Positions 31,966-41,366 are shown, counted from the stretch's first letter. The stretch: DNA of 44,195 nucleotides from a virus (IMGVR_UViG_2541047814_000002); one strand, 5' to 3'. Notes: generated by a model not told the origin, from the sequence alone. Numbers and translations: made by a program.

Positions 31966-32038
31966 GACTTCCCTCTCCCCCAAATAAAAAGGCCTGCGAT
32001 TACCTGCAGGCCTGTTATTAGCTCAGTGATGTAGATGG

Positions 32039-32329
32039 TCATCTTTTAACTCCATATACCGCCAATATCCGTTTCATCGTGGCACTCTGGCGACACTCCT
32101 TAAAAATCAGGTTCGTGCTCATCTTTCCTTCCCGTTCTTCCTTGGTAGCAAACCGGTAATACACCGTTCGCCAGACCTTACCTTCGATAACCAGAAGACC
32201 TGCCCGTGCCATTTTAGCCGCGGCCTGATTTATGCTGGTTACTGTTGCGCCTGTTAGCGCGGCAACGTCCGGCGCACAGAAGCTATTATGCGTCCCCAGG
32301 TAATGAATAATTGCCTCTTTGCCCGTCAT
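32039..32329 (-). CDS. ren: Ren (rex-exclusion escape protein)
   Basis: 96 aa, MTGKEAIIHYLGTHNSFCAPDVAALTGATVTSINQAAAKMARAGLLVIEGKVWRTVYYRF matches lambda Ren. Confidence 0.9.
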   Translation of the reverse strand: MTGKEAIIHYLGTHNSFCAPDVAALTGATVTSINQAAAKMARAGLLVIEGKVWRTVYYRFATKEEREGKMSTNLIFKECRQSATMKRILAVYGVKR

Positions 32330-33027
32330 ACACTTGCTCCTTTCAGTCCTAACTTAGCTTTAATTTCTGCGATCTTCGCCAGCGCCTGAACACGATTTAG
32401 AGGTCTGCCGCCCATGACAGGAAGTTGTTTTACTGGTTCAGGTATCGTCTCACCACGGTTAATTCGCGCTGTCATACAGGTCAGTTCATCGGCAGCCTTG
32501 CGTCGTAATTCCGCGTCAGTCAGCGCATTGGCCCGCATGTTCTGGTACAGGTTGGTAACCAGCCAGTAGTGCGCGTTCGATTTCCACGGATAAGACTCTG
32601 CATCCGGATACAGGCCTCGCTTCCGGCAATACTCGTAAACCATATCAACCAGCTCGCTGACGTTTGGCAGTCCGGCGATAACGGATGCTTCTTCCCGGCA
32701 CCATGCAACAAACTGCCCGGGTGATGGCAGAAATGGTCGATTCTGCCGACGGGCTACGCGCATTCCTGCGTTAACCTGTTCCATTGTGGTGATCCCGTTT
32801 TCCCGGAAAGCCAGAACCCACTGGCGGCGGATTTCGTTCAGTTCGTTCTGGTCACGGTTAGCCAGACTCGCCGGGAAAGTTGCCAGTAACTGGCTGAACA
32901 CACCGTTGATGATCTGCGCTACCTGCTGTACCTGCGGCTTTTCGTCGTACTGTTCCGGCATGTTGTTGGCGATCCGACGCATCTGCTCACGGTCAAAATT
33001 AACCATCTGTGCGGCGATGTTTTTCAT
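32326..33027 (-). CDS. P: replication protein P (DnaB loader)
   Basis: 233 aa, MKNIAAQMVNFDREQMRRIANNMPEQYDEKPQVQQVAQIING... matches lambda P. Confidence 0.95.
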   Translation of the reverse strand: MKNIAAQMVNFDREQMRRIANNMPEQYDEKPQVQQVAQIINGVFSQLLATFPASLANRDQNELNEIRRQWVLAFRENGITTMEQVNAGMRVARRQNRPFLPSPGQFVAWCREEASVIAGLPNVSELVDMVYEYCRKRGLYPDAESYPWKSNAHYWLVTNLYQNMRANALTDAELRRKAADELTCMTARINRGETIPEPVKQLPVMGGRPLNRVQALAKIAEIKAKLGLKGASV

Positions 33028-33923
33028 AAATCCACCCCGTAAATCCAGTCAGTGTTTGTCAGGTCGAGTTTTGGTTTGCAGGCTGTCACACCTGCCTGTT
33101 GCTTGTTACGGTTGATTTCGAGCTGGGTCCACTTGTCGCGGAGTTTGGCCGGGCTCAGCACGTTACCGGACCAGAAGTTGTCCTGGCATGCCCAGCGGAA
33201 CAGTACACACATGTCGCGATGGTTACGTCCGTCACGTTCACGCATCAGGCGGATATCGTTAGCCCACCCTGCAAAATTCGGTTTTCTGGCTGATGGCGCG
33301 ATGGTCTTCACCATGTCAAACATCCATTCTGCGGCGGTCAGGTCTTCTGCTGTCCCCCACTTGCTGCCGCTCTGAATTGCAGCATCCGGTTTCACCACAG
33401 AAAGGTCGTTTTCTGGCTGGTCAGAGGATTCGCCAGAATTCTCTGACGAATAATCTTTTCTTTTTTCTTTTGTAATAGTGTCTTTTGTGTCCCCCTGTTT
33501 TGAGGGATAGCAATCCCCCAATTTGAGGGATGTTTTATCCCTCGTTTTAGGGGATTTTCCCTCGTTTTGAGGGATACACCATTCTGAGATGTTTTTATTT
33601 GGTCCAAACATGCCGCCTTGCTGCTTGATAATATTCATTCTGACGAGTTCTAACTTGGCTTCATTGCACCGTTTGACGGGTAACTTTGTAATCTCGCTAA
33701 GTTGAGAATCGGTGATTCTGTCCATTGGTTTATTCCATCCATAGGTTTTACGCAGAATGGCAAGCAGCACTTTAAACTGTCGCTTGGTCAGATCTGCGCC
33801 TGAATAAGCCTCAAGCAGCATATTTGATAGTCTGGCGTAACCATCATCGAGATCTGCCACATTACGCTCCTGTTTGGCAAAGTTACCTCTGCAGAAGTTG
33901 AGTATTTTTGCTGTATTTGTCAT
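33024..33923 (-). CDS. O: replication initiator protein O
   Basis: 299 aa, MTNTAKILNFCRGNFAKQERNVADLDDGYARLSN... matches lambda O; contains ori iterons. Confidence 0.95.
   Translation of the reverse strand: MTNTAKILNFCRGNFAKQERNVADLDDGYARLSNMLLEAYSGADLTKRQFKVLLAILRKTYGWNKPMDRITDSQLSEITKLPVKRCNEAKLELVRMNIIKQQGGMFGPNKNISEWCIPQNEGKSPKTRDKTSLKLGDCYPSKQGDTKDTITKEKRKDYSSENSGESSDQPENDLSVVKPDAAIQSGSKWGTAEDLTAAEWMFDMVKTIAPSARKPNFAGWANDIRLMRERDGRNHRDMCVLFRWACQDNFWSGNVLSPAKLRDKWTQLEINRNKQQAGVTACKPKLDLTNTDWIYGVDL
33490..33575. repeat. ori-lambda iterons (four ~19-bp O-binding repeats) plus adjacent AT-rich region
   Basis: Repeated TCCCTCAAAACAGGGGGA-type palindromic iterons (ATCCCTCAAAACGAGGGAA etc., read on the minus strand) inside O. 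Confidence 0.8.
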
Positions 33924-33933
33924 AATGACTCCT

Positions 33934-34012
33934 GTGGATTGATCCAGTAATGACCTCAGAATTCCATCTGGATTTGTTCAGAACGCTCGGTTGCCGCCGG
34001 GCGTTTTTTATT
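33934..34012 (+). ncRNA. oop: oop antisense RNA (antisense to cII 3' end)
   Basis: Plus-strand GATTGATCCAGTAATGACCTCAGAATTCCATCTGGATTTGTTCAGAACGCTCGGTTGCCGCCGGGCGTTTTTTATT matches the remembered lambda oop RNA including its terminator. Confidence 0.7.
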
Positions 34013-34252
34013 GGTGAGTCCATCAAGCGCATACTTAAAAGCCCTGCTAATCGGACTGATGTCTGATGCCATTCCGAAAGCACACAAGACCGAAGCAATA
34101 AATCTCCAGTCCGTTCTGCTTATCTTCGATTCATGACAGCCAATCATCTTTGCCAGACCGCGCTGGGTAATAGCTGACAGATTGATAAGTAAATCTGTTT
34201 CTGCGCGATCAACGTCACGCTGTGATAGTTTGCTGTAACTTGTTCTTTCCAT
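33956..34252 (-). CDS. cII: transcriptional activator cII (lambda-like C-terminus, divergent N-terminal half)
   Basis: C-terminal ...LTNKKRPAATERSEQIQMEF identical to lambda cII tail; HTH region differs. Confidence 0.8.
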   Translation of the reverse strand: MERTSYSKLSQRDVDRAETDLLINLSAITQRGLAKMIGCHESKISRTDWRFIASVLCAFGMASDISPISRAFKYALDGLTNKKRPAATERSEQIQMEF

Positions 34253-34393
34253 TTCTTAAGATTTCCAATAGTGAATAGTTAGTTGAAAGGTATGCGTGGA
34301 AACGCATATGGCCTTAGTTGGTCAGATATCTTGGAACTCGCTTTTCAGCGACGTAGGACGAATGTCCGTTGTTACAAAGAGCGGATCCGCTTA

Positions 34394-34609
34394 TTAAGCG
34401 GCTTTGTGTTCCGGCGGGAACACGTCATCAAGACTGACTTTTGCGCCTAACTTGTTTAGGCACGCAACAAGAGCACGGCATGTTTTAAGGTCTGGGAAGC
34501 GACGACCAGATTCCCAATGTCCGATAGCTCCCTGTGTGCATCCAACTGCCTTAGCAAGTGTTGTTTGAGAGATATTCAGTGACTCTCGATATTTTCGTAG
34601 GTTGCTCAT
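34394..34609 (-). CDS. cro: Cro-type repressor (HTH, non-lambda specificity)
   Basis: 71 aa from ATG 34607..34609, MSNLRKYRESLNISQTTLAKAVGCTQGAIGHWESGRRFP... HTH; divergent from cI across operator region. Confidence 0.75.
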   Translation of the reverse strand: MSNLRKYRESLNISQTTLAKAVGCTQGAIGHWESGRRFPDLKTCRALVACLNKLGAKVSLDDVFPPEHKAA

Positions 34610-34720
34610 ATGCCCTCCATAGTAAACACGAATAAAAAAATACAATATGTACTTTGCGAATACAAGTAAAAATACACATTGTGCATGGATGGTTCCAGTA
34701 CAGAGCGTAATAATAAGGAC
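34610..34720. promoter_or_regulatory. OR operator / pR-pRM divergent promoter region
   Basis: Intergenic region between divergent cro and cI; repeated AATACA(A/C) half-sites and near-palindromes TACAATATGTAC and CACATTGTG. Confidence 0.5.
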
Positions 34721-35380
34721 ATGAAAATGAAATGGTATGAACTGGCTAGATCCAGAATGAAAGAGCTCGGCATAACTCAAGAGAAGTTAGCCGAAGAGCT
34801 AGGTATGACGCAGGGTGGGATTGGACACTGGTTGCGCGGATCTCGTCATCCATCTCTTAGTGATATTGGTGTGGTGTTTAAATACCTTGGTATTGATAAC
34901 ATATCATTCAACCACGACGGGACATTTTCACCTGTTGGCGAATACTCATCGGCCCCAGTTAAAAAACAATATGAGTACCCTGTTTTTTCTCATGTTCAGG
35001 CTGGGATGTTCTCTCCAGAACTCAGAACCTTTACCAAAGGCGATGCGGAGAGATTGGTAAGCACAACCAAAAAAGCCAGTGACTCTGCATTCTGGCTTGA
35101 GGTTGAAGGTAACTCAATGACCGCACCAACAGGTTCCAAACCCAGCTTTCCTGACGGGATGTTAATTCTGGTTGACCCTGAGCAAGCTGTTGAGCCCGGC
35201 GATTTCTGCATAGCCAGACTTGGTGGTGATGAATTTACCTTCAAGAAACTGATCAGGGATAGCGGTCAGGTGTTTCTACAGCCACTAAACCCACAATACC
35301 CAATGATCCCATGCAATGAGAGTTGTTCCGTTGTGGGGAAAGTTATCGCCAGCCAATGGCCTGAAGAGACGTTTGGGTGA
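34721..35380 (+). CDS. cI: cI repressor with lambda-type C-terminal (LexA-like autocleavage) domain and non-lambda N-terminal DNA-binding domain
   Basis: C-terminal ~140 aa ([27 protein letters not shown]...[22 protein letters not shown]) match lambda cI; N-terminal HTH is different. Confidence 0.9.
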   Translation: MKMKWYELARSRMKELGITQEKLAEELGMTQGGIGHWLRGSRHPSLSDIGVVFKYLGIDNISFNHDGTFSPVGEYSSAPVKKQYEYPVFSHVQAGMFSPELRTFTKGDAERLVSTTKKASDSAFWLEVEGNSMTAPTGSKPSFPDGMLILVDPEQAVEPGDFCIARLGGDEFTFKKLIRDSGQVFLQPLNPQYPMIPCNESCSVVGKVIASQWPEETFG

Positions 35381-35419
35381 TGAAACCACTTTTATCTACA
35401 ATTTACAGGGCGGTAAACA

Positions 35420-35977
35420 TTGGCAAAAATAGATGATTATCAGCCAAGCCAAGTAGAAGTTGATAAAGTACTTTATTGTAAAAAAATAGTTAACTTTTCT
35501 GGCGTTAAATGGAAACAGAAACCAAGTCGCTCTGATATGTGGCTACAAGCCCATATCATCCCCTTGGATGAGGATTGTATACCTATACAAGGGCTAAAGT
35601 TTGAACTGAAATGGAAACCAGATCAGGATTCAGAACCTGATGACCCGATTTCTTACCCTAAAATAAATATTATTGCTTTCTATCATAACAAGAGGGTTTT
35701 CGCGGTAGATACCTATCACTTTGACAAACACACGAATAGTTACAAGGTCGATCATCCGAAGTACCAAGATATCATTTACGGTGCTCACTACCATGTATAC
35801 TATGAAGAAGCTGGATACTATAGTGATAGAATAGCGTTTCCAATCGAAGATGACATAAACCCAGATGACCTGGTAGGGTATTGGAATTACTTCTGTAAAC
35901 ATCTGAACATAACTTACTCTGGGAGAATACCTTTACCGCTTGAAGATGAGTCGGGGCAAATGGGGTTTGGAATATGA
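35420..35977 (+). CDS. hypothetical protein (185 aa), first gene of an operon in the rexA position
   Basis: ORF 39 nt downstream of cI on the same strand; TTG start in the ORF track (start uncertain); acidic, Tyr/His-rich; no recognisable homology; AT-rich coding sequence. Confidence 0.65.
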   Translation: MAKIDDYQPSQVEVDKVLYCKKIVNFSGVKWKQKPSRSDMWLQAHIIPLDEDCIPIQGLKFELKWKPDQDSEPDDPISYPKINIIAFYHNKRVFAVDTYHFDKHTNSYKVDHPKYQDIIYGAHYHVYYEEAGYYSDRIAFPIEDDINPDDLVGYWNYFCKHLNITYSGRIPLPLEDESGQMGFGI

Positions 35978-36726
35978 TGTGCTCAACAGTGATCTCACAA
36001 CTAGGTTTCGAATGCCATCCAATAGGCAAGACCTTGAGAATTATCAGTCCATTCACTTACTGTGATGATGGAGAGCATGTCGGTGCCTTTATCCGTGAAG
36101 TCAATGGTAGGTATTTAGTTAGTGACAGATGCGATGCCTTAATGAATATGGAGGCAAGAGGGATCTCGCTTACCAAAAAACGACTTGATGAGATACGACA
36201 ATTACTGCTTAAAGAAGGCGCAGAACTCAATGCTCGAGGAGAAATCATTGCTTGGGCAACAGAAAAGGATGTCGGTGCGATTACATCGAACATAATTAGA
36301 GCTGGTATACTCGCATCAACTTTGTCGTTAGACTGGTATCAGCCAGTTCAAGCTGAAAAGTTTGAAAGTATGGTTATTGATTATCTATATCACACAGAGC
36401 TTAGAGACGCACTTTCTCTTCGTGAAAACGTATATGGCTTGAGTGGACATCAAATTACCGTCCCTGTAACAATAAAAACCGACATACCTAAATACGTTTT
36501 TACATCAAGCGTGAAACACGGAGGAAGCTGGAATAGTGCTTACTCATTGCTTGGGAAACTAATTGATCTTAAAGCTTCAAGTGAGGAGTATAACAACAGA
36601 TTTGTTGTTATAGACAGCGAAGCAATTGGTGATCAAATGCAACAACTCTCCTTACTCTTCCATGAATCAAGCCAAGTTCTACCATTCTCCAAAAGAGAGA
36701 CTTGGGTTAAGAGACTTGCAGCATAA
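35974..36726 (+). CDS. hypothetical protein (250 aa), second gene of an operon in the rexB position
   Basis: ATG overlaps upstream stop (ATGA); followed by intrinsic terminator; no recognisable homology. Confidence 0.7.
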   Translation: MMCSTVISQLGFECHPIGKTLRIISPFTYCDDGEHVGAFIREVNGRYLVSDRCDALMNMEARGISLTKKRLDEIRQLLLKEGAELNARGEIIAWATEKDVGAITSNIIRAGILASTLSLDWYQPVQAEKFESMVIDYLYHTELRDALSLRENVYGLSGHQITVPVTIKTDIPKYVFTSSVKHGGSWNSAYSLLGKLIDLKASSEEYNNRFVVIDSEAIGDQMQQLSLLFHESSQVLPFSKRETWVKRLAA

Positions 36727-36729
36727 TAC

Positions 36730-36758
36730 AACCCGGCCTCAGCGCCGGGTTTTCTTTG
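36730..36758 (+). terminator. intrinsic terminator ending the cI-immunity operon
   Basis: Hairpin CCCGGC-CTCAGC-GCCGGG followed by TTTTCTTTG immediately after stop at 36726. Confidence 0.6.
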
Positions 36759-36929
36759 CCTCACGTTCGCCCACCTAAAAACACATAACCAATTATATTT
36801 ATTGAAAAATAAATAGATGCAACCCACTAAACCACGCAATTCTGATCTCTCCTTACATCGCCGAGGCAATACATCCACGCTAAAAAACAACACTATTAAA
36901 TACAAAGCGTTATAAAAAACCACGCCAAC

Positions 36930-36980
36930 TTACAACAAATTGTATTGATCTTGTAAAGTACATATCGTACTATTTAACCG
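36930..36980 (+). promoter_or_regulatory. candidate pL promoter with OL operators
   Basis: GTACATATCGTAC (36958..36970) closely resembles the OR half-palindrome; candidate -35 TTGATC and -10 TACTAT with 17-nt spacer. Confidence 0.4.
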
Positions 36981-37019
36981 TCAGCAGGACGCTGGAAGCC
37001 AAATGGAACAGACTGGCAG

Positions 37020-37064
37020 GCTCTTTAAACAACGTCGACTCTCGACTACGTGGCTGAAAAGCCA
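37020..37064 (+). promoter_or_regulatory. candidate nutL (boxA GCTCTTTAAAC, boxB hairpin GGCTGAAAAGCC)
   Basis: boxA-like sequence resembling rrn/lambda boxA, followed ~20 nt later by a short hairpin with GAAAA loop, ~100 nt upstream of N. Confidence 0.4.
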
Positions 37065-37162
37065 GATCACCCAACCACATAAGCTGTGGGATGCAATGCC
37101 GAAGCAACCGTCTCAGGAGGAGCTTCGAGATTGCATCGCCAAAGTTTATTCGGGAGGAATCC

Positions 37163-37435
37163 ATGTCCAGAAAAACAGAATTTAAAGGCACCGCAGCTTC
37201 TCGCCGTAGAGCTCGTCGCGCAAATCTGCAAAGTCAGGAGGCGATCAGCTCCGACAAGCTACACAGGCCAACCCCTTCACGAGTGGTCTTGCAATGCAAG
37301 CTCAAACCAGCAATGAGAGCAGAAGTGATAACTCTGACAACGTTGACCAGAAAATATGAAGGTTCAACTTGTCTTCCGAACGTAGCTCTTTACGCGGCAG
37401 GCTACCGGAAATCAAAACAACTGACGGCGAGATGA
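37163..37435 (+). CDS. N: antitermination protein N (P22-like C-terminus, Arg-rich N-terminal motif)
   Basis: ATG preceded by GGGAGG; Arg-rich motif TAASRRRARRANLQ; C-terminal LPNVALYAAGYRKSKQLTAR resembles P22 gene 24/N. Confidence 0.75.
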   Translation: MSRKTEFKGTAASRRRARRANLQSQEAISSDKLHRPTPSRVVLQCKLKPAMRAEVITLTTLTRKYEGSTCLPNVALYAAGYRKSKQLTAR

Positions 37436-37451
37436 TAAATTCATTTGCTAA

Positions 37452-38033
37452 TTACTTGTTTTTGCCATGCTTATCCTGAGCGATAAGTTCATCCATAAGG
37501 CTGTCTGCCTTCCCGGCAAACCTAATGTAGCACTCATGTCTATAGCTTTCAGGGATAACGAAACGGTCGGTATCAGGATATCCAACAGCAGGAGGCCTTC
37601 GAACGAGGAGTCCTTTTTTGAGCAATGAAATTGATTCATGAGCGCCCTTTTCCGTTTGTAGCTGGTTATTAGCGGCTACAGCGAATGCCAAATACGCTCT
37701 TTCTCCAAGAGTTAACGAATCAAACAAATCTTGCACATATTTTTCTTCTTTAGATTTGCGCTTCTGAGCAGCGAATACCTCAATTCTTTCAGTCACAGCG
37801 TGATAAGCGGAATTAACAACGCCGTTAAGCACATAGCTAACGCAAAACAACAGGATGTAATACATCCAGTAATGAGGAAGGATTTCTGGATTATGCAGGT
37901 TTATCCATTCTTTTACGCTTACCGGCATAACAATAATCAATATGATCAGGATGATTAGCATATGAATCAACTGTTTAAGTGTCATTCCTTGCAGGAAAAA
38001 ATGCATTAGTTCCTGCCACCATGAGTTGTTCAT
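37452..38033 (-). CDS. sieB: superinfection exclusion protein SieB
   Basis: 193 aa membrane protein MNNSWWQELMHFFLQGMTLKQLIHMLIILIILIIVMPV... matching lambda SieB. Confidence 0.85.
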   Translation of the reverse strand: MNNSWWQELMHFFLQGMTLKQLIHMLIILIILIIVMPVSVKEWINLHNPEILPHYWMYYILLFCVSYVLNGVVNSAYHAVTERIEVFAAQKRKSKEEKYVQDLFDSLTLGERAYLAFAVAANNQLQTEKGAHESISLLKKGLLVRRPPAVGYPDTDRFVIPESYRHECYIRFAGKADSLMDELIAQDKHGKNK

Positions 38034-38246
38034 CGGCGTTTCTCTTTTGCTCTCTGTAGGGGTGAATAGAGTTTATCCGATTTCTCGTTGTAGGGGTACA
38101 CGAGAACCACCGAGCCTGATGTGGTTAAAAGACAGGCACAATCTTTACTACCGCAATCCACTATTTAAGGTGATATATGGAAGAAGAATTTGAAGAGTTC
38201 GAAGAGCATCCTCAAGATGTGATGGAACAATACCAGGACTATCCGT

Positions 38247-38447
38247 ATGACTACGACTATTGATACAAATCAATGGTGTGGACAATTCAAACGATGCAAT
38301 GGATGCAAGCTGCAATCGGAATGCATGGTTAAGCCTGAAGAAATGTTTCCTGTAATGGAAGATGGGAAATATGTCGATAAATGGGCAATACGAACGACGG
38401 CAATGATTGCCAGAGAACTTGGTAAACAGAACAACAAAGCTGCCTGA
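38247..38447 (+). CDS. ral: restriction alleviation protein Ral
   Basis: 66 aa MTTTID.NQWCGQFKRCNGCKLQSECMVKPEEMFPVMEDGKYVDKWAIRTTAMIARELGKQNNKAA matches lambda Ral. Confidence 0.85.
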   Translation: MTTTIDTNQWCGQFKRCNGCKLQSECMVKPEEMFPVMEDGKYVDKWAIRTTAMIARELGKQNNKAA

Positions 38448-38629
38448 TAGTGGCCTTTATTTTTGGCATAAATAACAGAATAAACACTGCACTGTGTATT
38501 CATTCCAACGAGTGAATACACGGAGCAATGTCGCTCGTAACTAAACAGGAGCCGACTTGTTCTGATTATTGGAAATCTTCTTTGCCCTCCAGTGTGAGGG
38601 CGATTTTTTATCTATGAGGATATGAATAG

Positions 38630-38998
38630 ATGTCAAACATCAAAAAATACATCATTGATTACGACTGGAAAGCATCAATAGAAATTGAAATTGACCATGA
38701 CGTAATGACAGAGGAAAAACTTCACCAGATTAATAATTTCTGGTCAGACTCTGAATACCGACTCAATAAACACGGCTCTGTATTAAATGCTGTATTAATC
38801 ATGCTGGCGCAACATGCTCTGCTTATAGCAATTTCAAGCGACTTAAATGCATATGGTGTTGTGTGTGAGTTCGACTGGAATGATGGAAATGGTCAGGAAG
38901 GATGGCCTCCAATGGATGGTAGTGAAGGAATAAGAATTACCGATATCGATACATCAGGAATATTTGATTCAGATGATATGACTATCAAGGCCGCCTGA
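38630..38998 (+). CDS. ea10: Ea10 protein
   Basis: 122 aa, position and sequence as lambda Ea10. Confidence 0.8.
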   Translation: MSNIKKYIIDYDWKASIEIEIDHDVMTEEKLHQINNFWSDSEYRLNKHGSVLNAVLIMLAQHALLIAISSDLNAYGVVCEFDWNDGNGQEGWPPMDGSEGIRITDIDTSGIFDSDDMTIKAA

Positions 38999-39070
38999 GC
39001 GCGGCGTTACCGCATACCAATTACGCTTCACTCGAGGCGTTTTTCGTTATGTATAAATAAGGAGCACACC

Positions 39071-39235
39071 ATGCAATATGCCATTGCAGGGTGGCCTGTT
39101 GCTGGCTGCCCTTCCGAATCTTTACTTGAACGAATCACCCGTAAATTACGTGACGGATGGAAACGCCTTATCGACATACTTAATCAGCCAGGAGTCCCAA
39201 AAAATGGATCAAACAATTATGGCTATCCAGACTAA
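39071..39235 (+). CDS. cIII: cIII (FtsH inhibitor)
   Basis: 54 aa [53 protein letters not shown] matches lambda cIII (below ORF-track size cutoff, found by reading the sequence). Confidence 0.85.
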   Translation: MQYAIAGWPVAGCPSESLLERITRKLRDGWKRLIDILNQPGVPKNGSNNYGYPD

Positions 39236-39347
39236 ATTCACTATCGCCACTTTTATTGGCGATGAAAAGATGTTTCGTGAGGCCGTCGACGCTTATAAAA
39301 AATGGATATTAATACTGAAACTGAGATCAAGCAAAAGCATTCACTAA
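39204..39347 (+). CDS. kil: Kil (FtsZ inhibitor)
   Basis: 47 aa [47 protein letters not shown], overlapping cIII 3' end as in lambda. Confidence 0.75.
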   Translation: MDQTIMAIQTKFTIATFIGDEKMFREAVDAYKKWILILKLRSSKSIH

Positions 39348-39422
39348 CCCCCTTTCCTGTTTTCCTAATCAGCCTGGCATTTCGCGGGCGATATTTTCAC
39401 AGCCATTTTCAGGAGTTCAGCC

Positions 39423-39719
39423 ATGAACGCTTATTACATTCAGGATCGTCTTGAGGCTCAGAGCTGGGCGCGTCACTACCAGCAGATCGCCCGTGAAGAG
39501 AAAGAGGCAGAACTGGCAGACGACATGGAAAAAGGCCTGCCCCAGCACCTGTTTGAATCGCTATGCATCGATCATTTACAACGCCACGGGGCCAGCAAAA
39601 AAGCCATTACCCGTGCGTTTGATGACGATGTTGAGTTTCAGGAGCGCATAGCAGAACACATCCGGTACATAGTTGAAACCATTGCTCACCATCAGGCTGA
39701 TATTGATTCAGAGGTATAA
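39423..39719 (+). CDS. gam: Gam (RecBCD inhibitor), short form
   Basis: 98 aa [59 protein letters not shown] matches lambda GamS. Confidence 0.9.
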   Translation: MNAYYIQDRLEAQSWARHYQQIAREEKEAELADDMEKGLPQHLFESLCIDHLQRHGASKKAITRAFDDDVEFQERIAEHIRYIVETIAHHQADIDSEV

Positions 39720-39724
39720 AACGG

Positions 39725-40510
39725 ATGAGTACAGCACTCGCAACGCTGGCAGGGAAGCTGGCTGAACGTGTCGGCATGGATTCTGTCGACCCACAGGAAC
39801 TGATCACCACTCTTCGCCAGACGGCATTTAAAGGTGATGCCAGCGATGCGCAGTTCATCGCATTGTTGATCGTCGCCAACCAGTACGGCCTTAATCCGTG
39901 GACGAAAGAAATTTACGCCTTCCCTGATAAGCAGAACGGCATTGTTCCGGTGGTGGGCGTTGATGGCTGGTCCCGCATCATCAATGAAAACCAGCAGTTT
40001 GATGGTATGGACTTTGAGCAGGACAATGAATCATGTACATGCCGGATTTACCGCAAAGACCGCAATCATCCGATCTGCGTTACCGAGTGGATGGATGAAT
40101 GCCGCCGCGAACCATTCAAAACCCGCGAAGGCAGAGAAATCACGGGGCCGTGGCAGTCGCATCCCAAACGGATGTTACGGCATAAAGCCATGATTCAGTG
40201 TGCCCGTCTGGCCTTCGGATTTGCTGGTATCTATGACAAGGATGAAGCCGAGCGCATTGTCGAAAATACCGCATACACTGCAGAACGTCAGCCGGAACGC
40301 GACATCACTCCGGTTAACGATGAAACCATGCAGGAGATTAACACTCTGCTGATTGCCCTGGACAAAACATGGGATGACGACTTATTGCCGCTCTGTTCCC
40401 AGATATTTCGCCGCGACATTCGCGCATCGTCAGAACTGACACAGGCCGAAGCAGTGAAAGCTCTTGGATTCCTGAAACAGAAAGCCACTGAGCAGAAGGT
40501 GGCAGCATGA
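39725..40510 (+). CDS. bet: Bet (Red-beta single-strand annealing protein)
   Basis: 261 aa [59 protein letters not shown]... matches lambda Bet. Confidence 0.95.
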   Translation: MSTALATLAGKLAERVGMDSVDPQELITTLRQTAFKGDASDAQFIALLIVANQYGLNPWTKEIYAFPDKQNGIVPVVGVDGWSRIINENQQFDGMDFEQDNESCTCRIYRKDRNHPICVTEWMDECRREPFKTREGREITGPWQSHPKRMLRHKAMIQCARLAFGFAGIYDKDEAERIVENTAYTAERQPERDITPVNDETMQEINTLLIALDKTWDDDLLPLCSQIFRRDIRASSELTQAEAVKALGFLKQKATEQKVAA

Positions 40511-41187
40511 CACCGGACATTATCCTGCAGCGTACCGGGATCGACGTGAGAGCTGTCGAACAGGGGGATGATGCATGGCACAAATTACGGCTCGGCGTCA
40601 TCACCGCTTCAGAAGTTCACAACGTGATAGCAAAGCCCCGCTCAGGAAAGAAGTGGCCTGACATGAAAATGTCCTACTTCCACACCCTGCTGGCTGAGGT
40701 TTGCACCGGTGTGGCTCCGGAAGTTAATGCTAAGGCGCTGGCGTGGGGAAAACAGTACGAGAACGACGCCAGAACCCTGTTTGAATTCACTTCCGGCGTG
40801 AATGTTACTGAATCCCCGATCATCTATCGCGACGAAAGTATGCGCACCGCCTGCTCTCCCGATGGTTTATGCAGTGACGGCAATGGCCTTGAGCTGAAAT
40901 GCCCGTTTACCTCCCGGGATTTCATGAAGTTCCGGCTCGGTGGTTTCGAGGCCATAAAGTCGGCTTACATGGCCCAGGTGCAGTACAGCATGTGGGTGAC
41001 ACGAAAAGATGCCTGGTACTTTGCCAACTATGACCCACGAATGAAGCGTGAAGGCCTGCATTATGTCGTGGTTGAGCGGGATGAAAAGTACATGGCGAGT
41101 TTTGACGAGATGGTGCCGGAGTTCATCGAAAAAATGGACGAAGCACTGGCTGAAATTGGTTTTGTATTTGGAGAGCAATGGCGATGA
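40507..41187 (+). CDS. exo: Exo (lambda exonuclease, Red-alpha)
   Basis: 226 aa [65 protein letters not shown]... matches lambda Exo. Confidence 0.95.
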   Translation: MTPDIILQRTGIDVRAVEQGDDAWHKLRLGVITASEVHNVIAKPRSGKKWPDMKMSYFHTLLAEVCTGVAPEVNAKALAWGKQYENDARTLFEFTSGVNVTESPIIYRDESMRTACSPDGLCSDGNGLELKCPFTSRDFMKFRLGGFEAIKSAYMAQVQYSMWVTRKDAWYFANYDPRMKREGLHYVVVERDEKYMASFDEMVPEFIEKMDEALAEIGFVFGEQWR

Positions 41188-41366
41188 CCCATCCTCACGA
41201 TAATATCCGGGTAGGCGCGATCACTTTCGTCTACTCCGTTACAAAGCGAGGCTGGGTATTTCACGGTCTTTCTGTTATCCGAAATCCGCTGAAAGCCCAG
41301 CGGCTGGCTGAGGAGATAAATAATAAACGGGGGGCGGTATGCACAAAGCATCTCCTGTTGAGTTAA
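41178..41366 (+). CDS. small early-left ORF (lambda orf60a-like)
   Basis: 62-aa ORF directly after exo, same position as lambda orf60a. Confidence 0.55.
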   Translation: MAMTHPHDNIRVGAITFVYSVTKRGWVFHGLSVIRNPLKAQRLAEEINNKRGAVCTKHLLLS

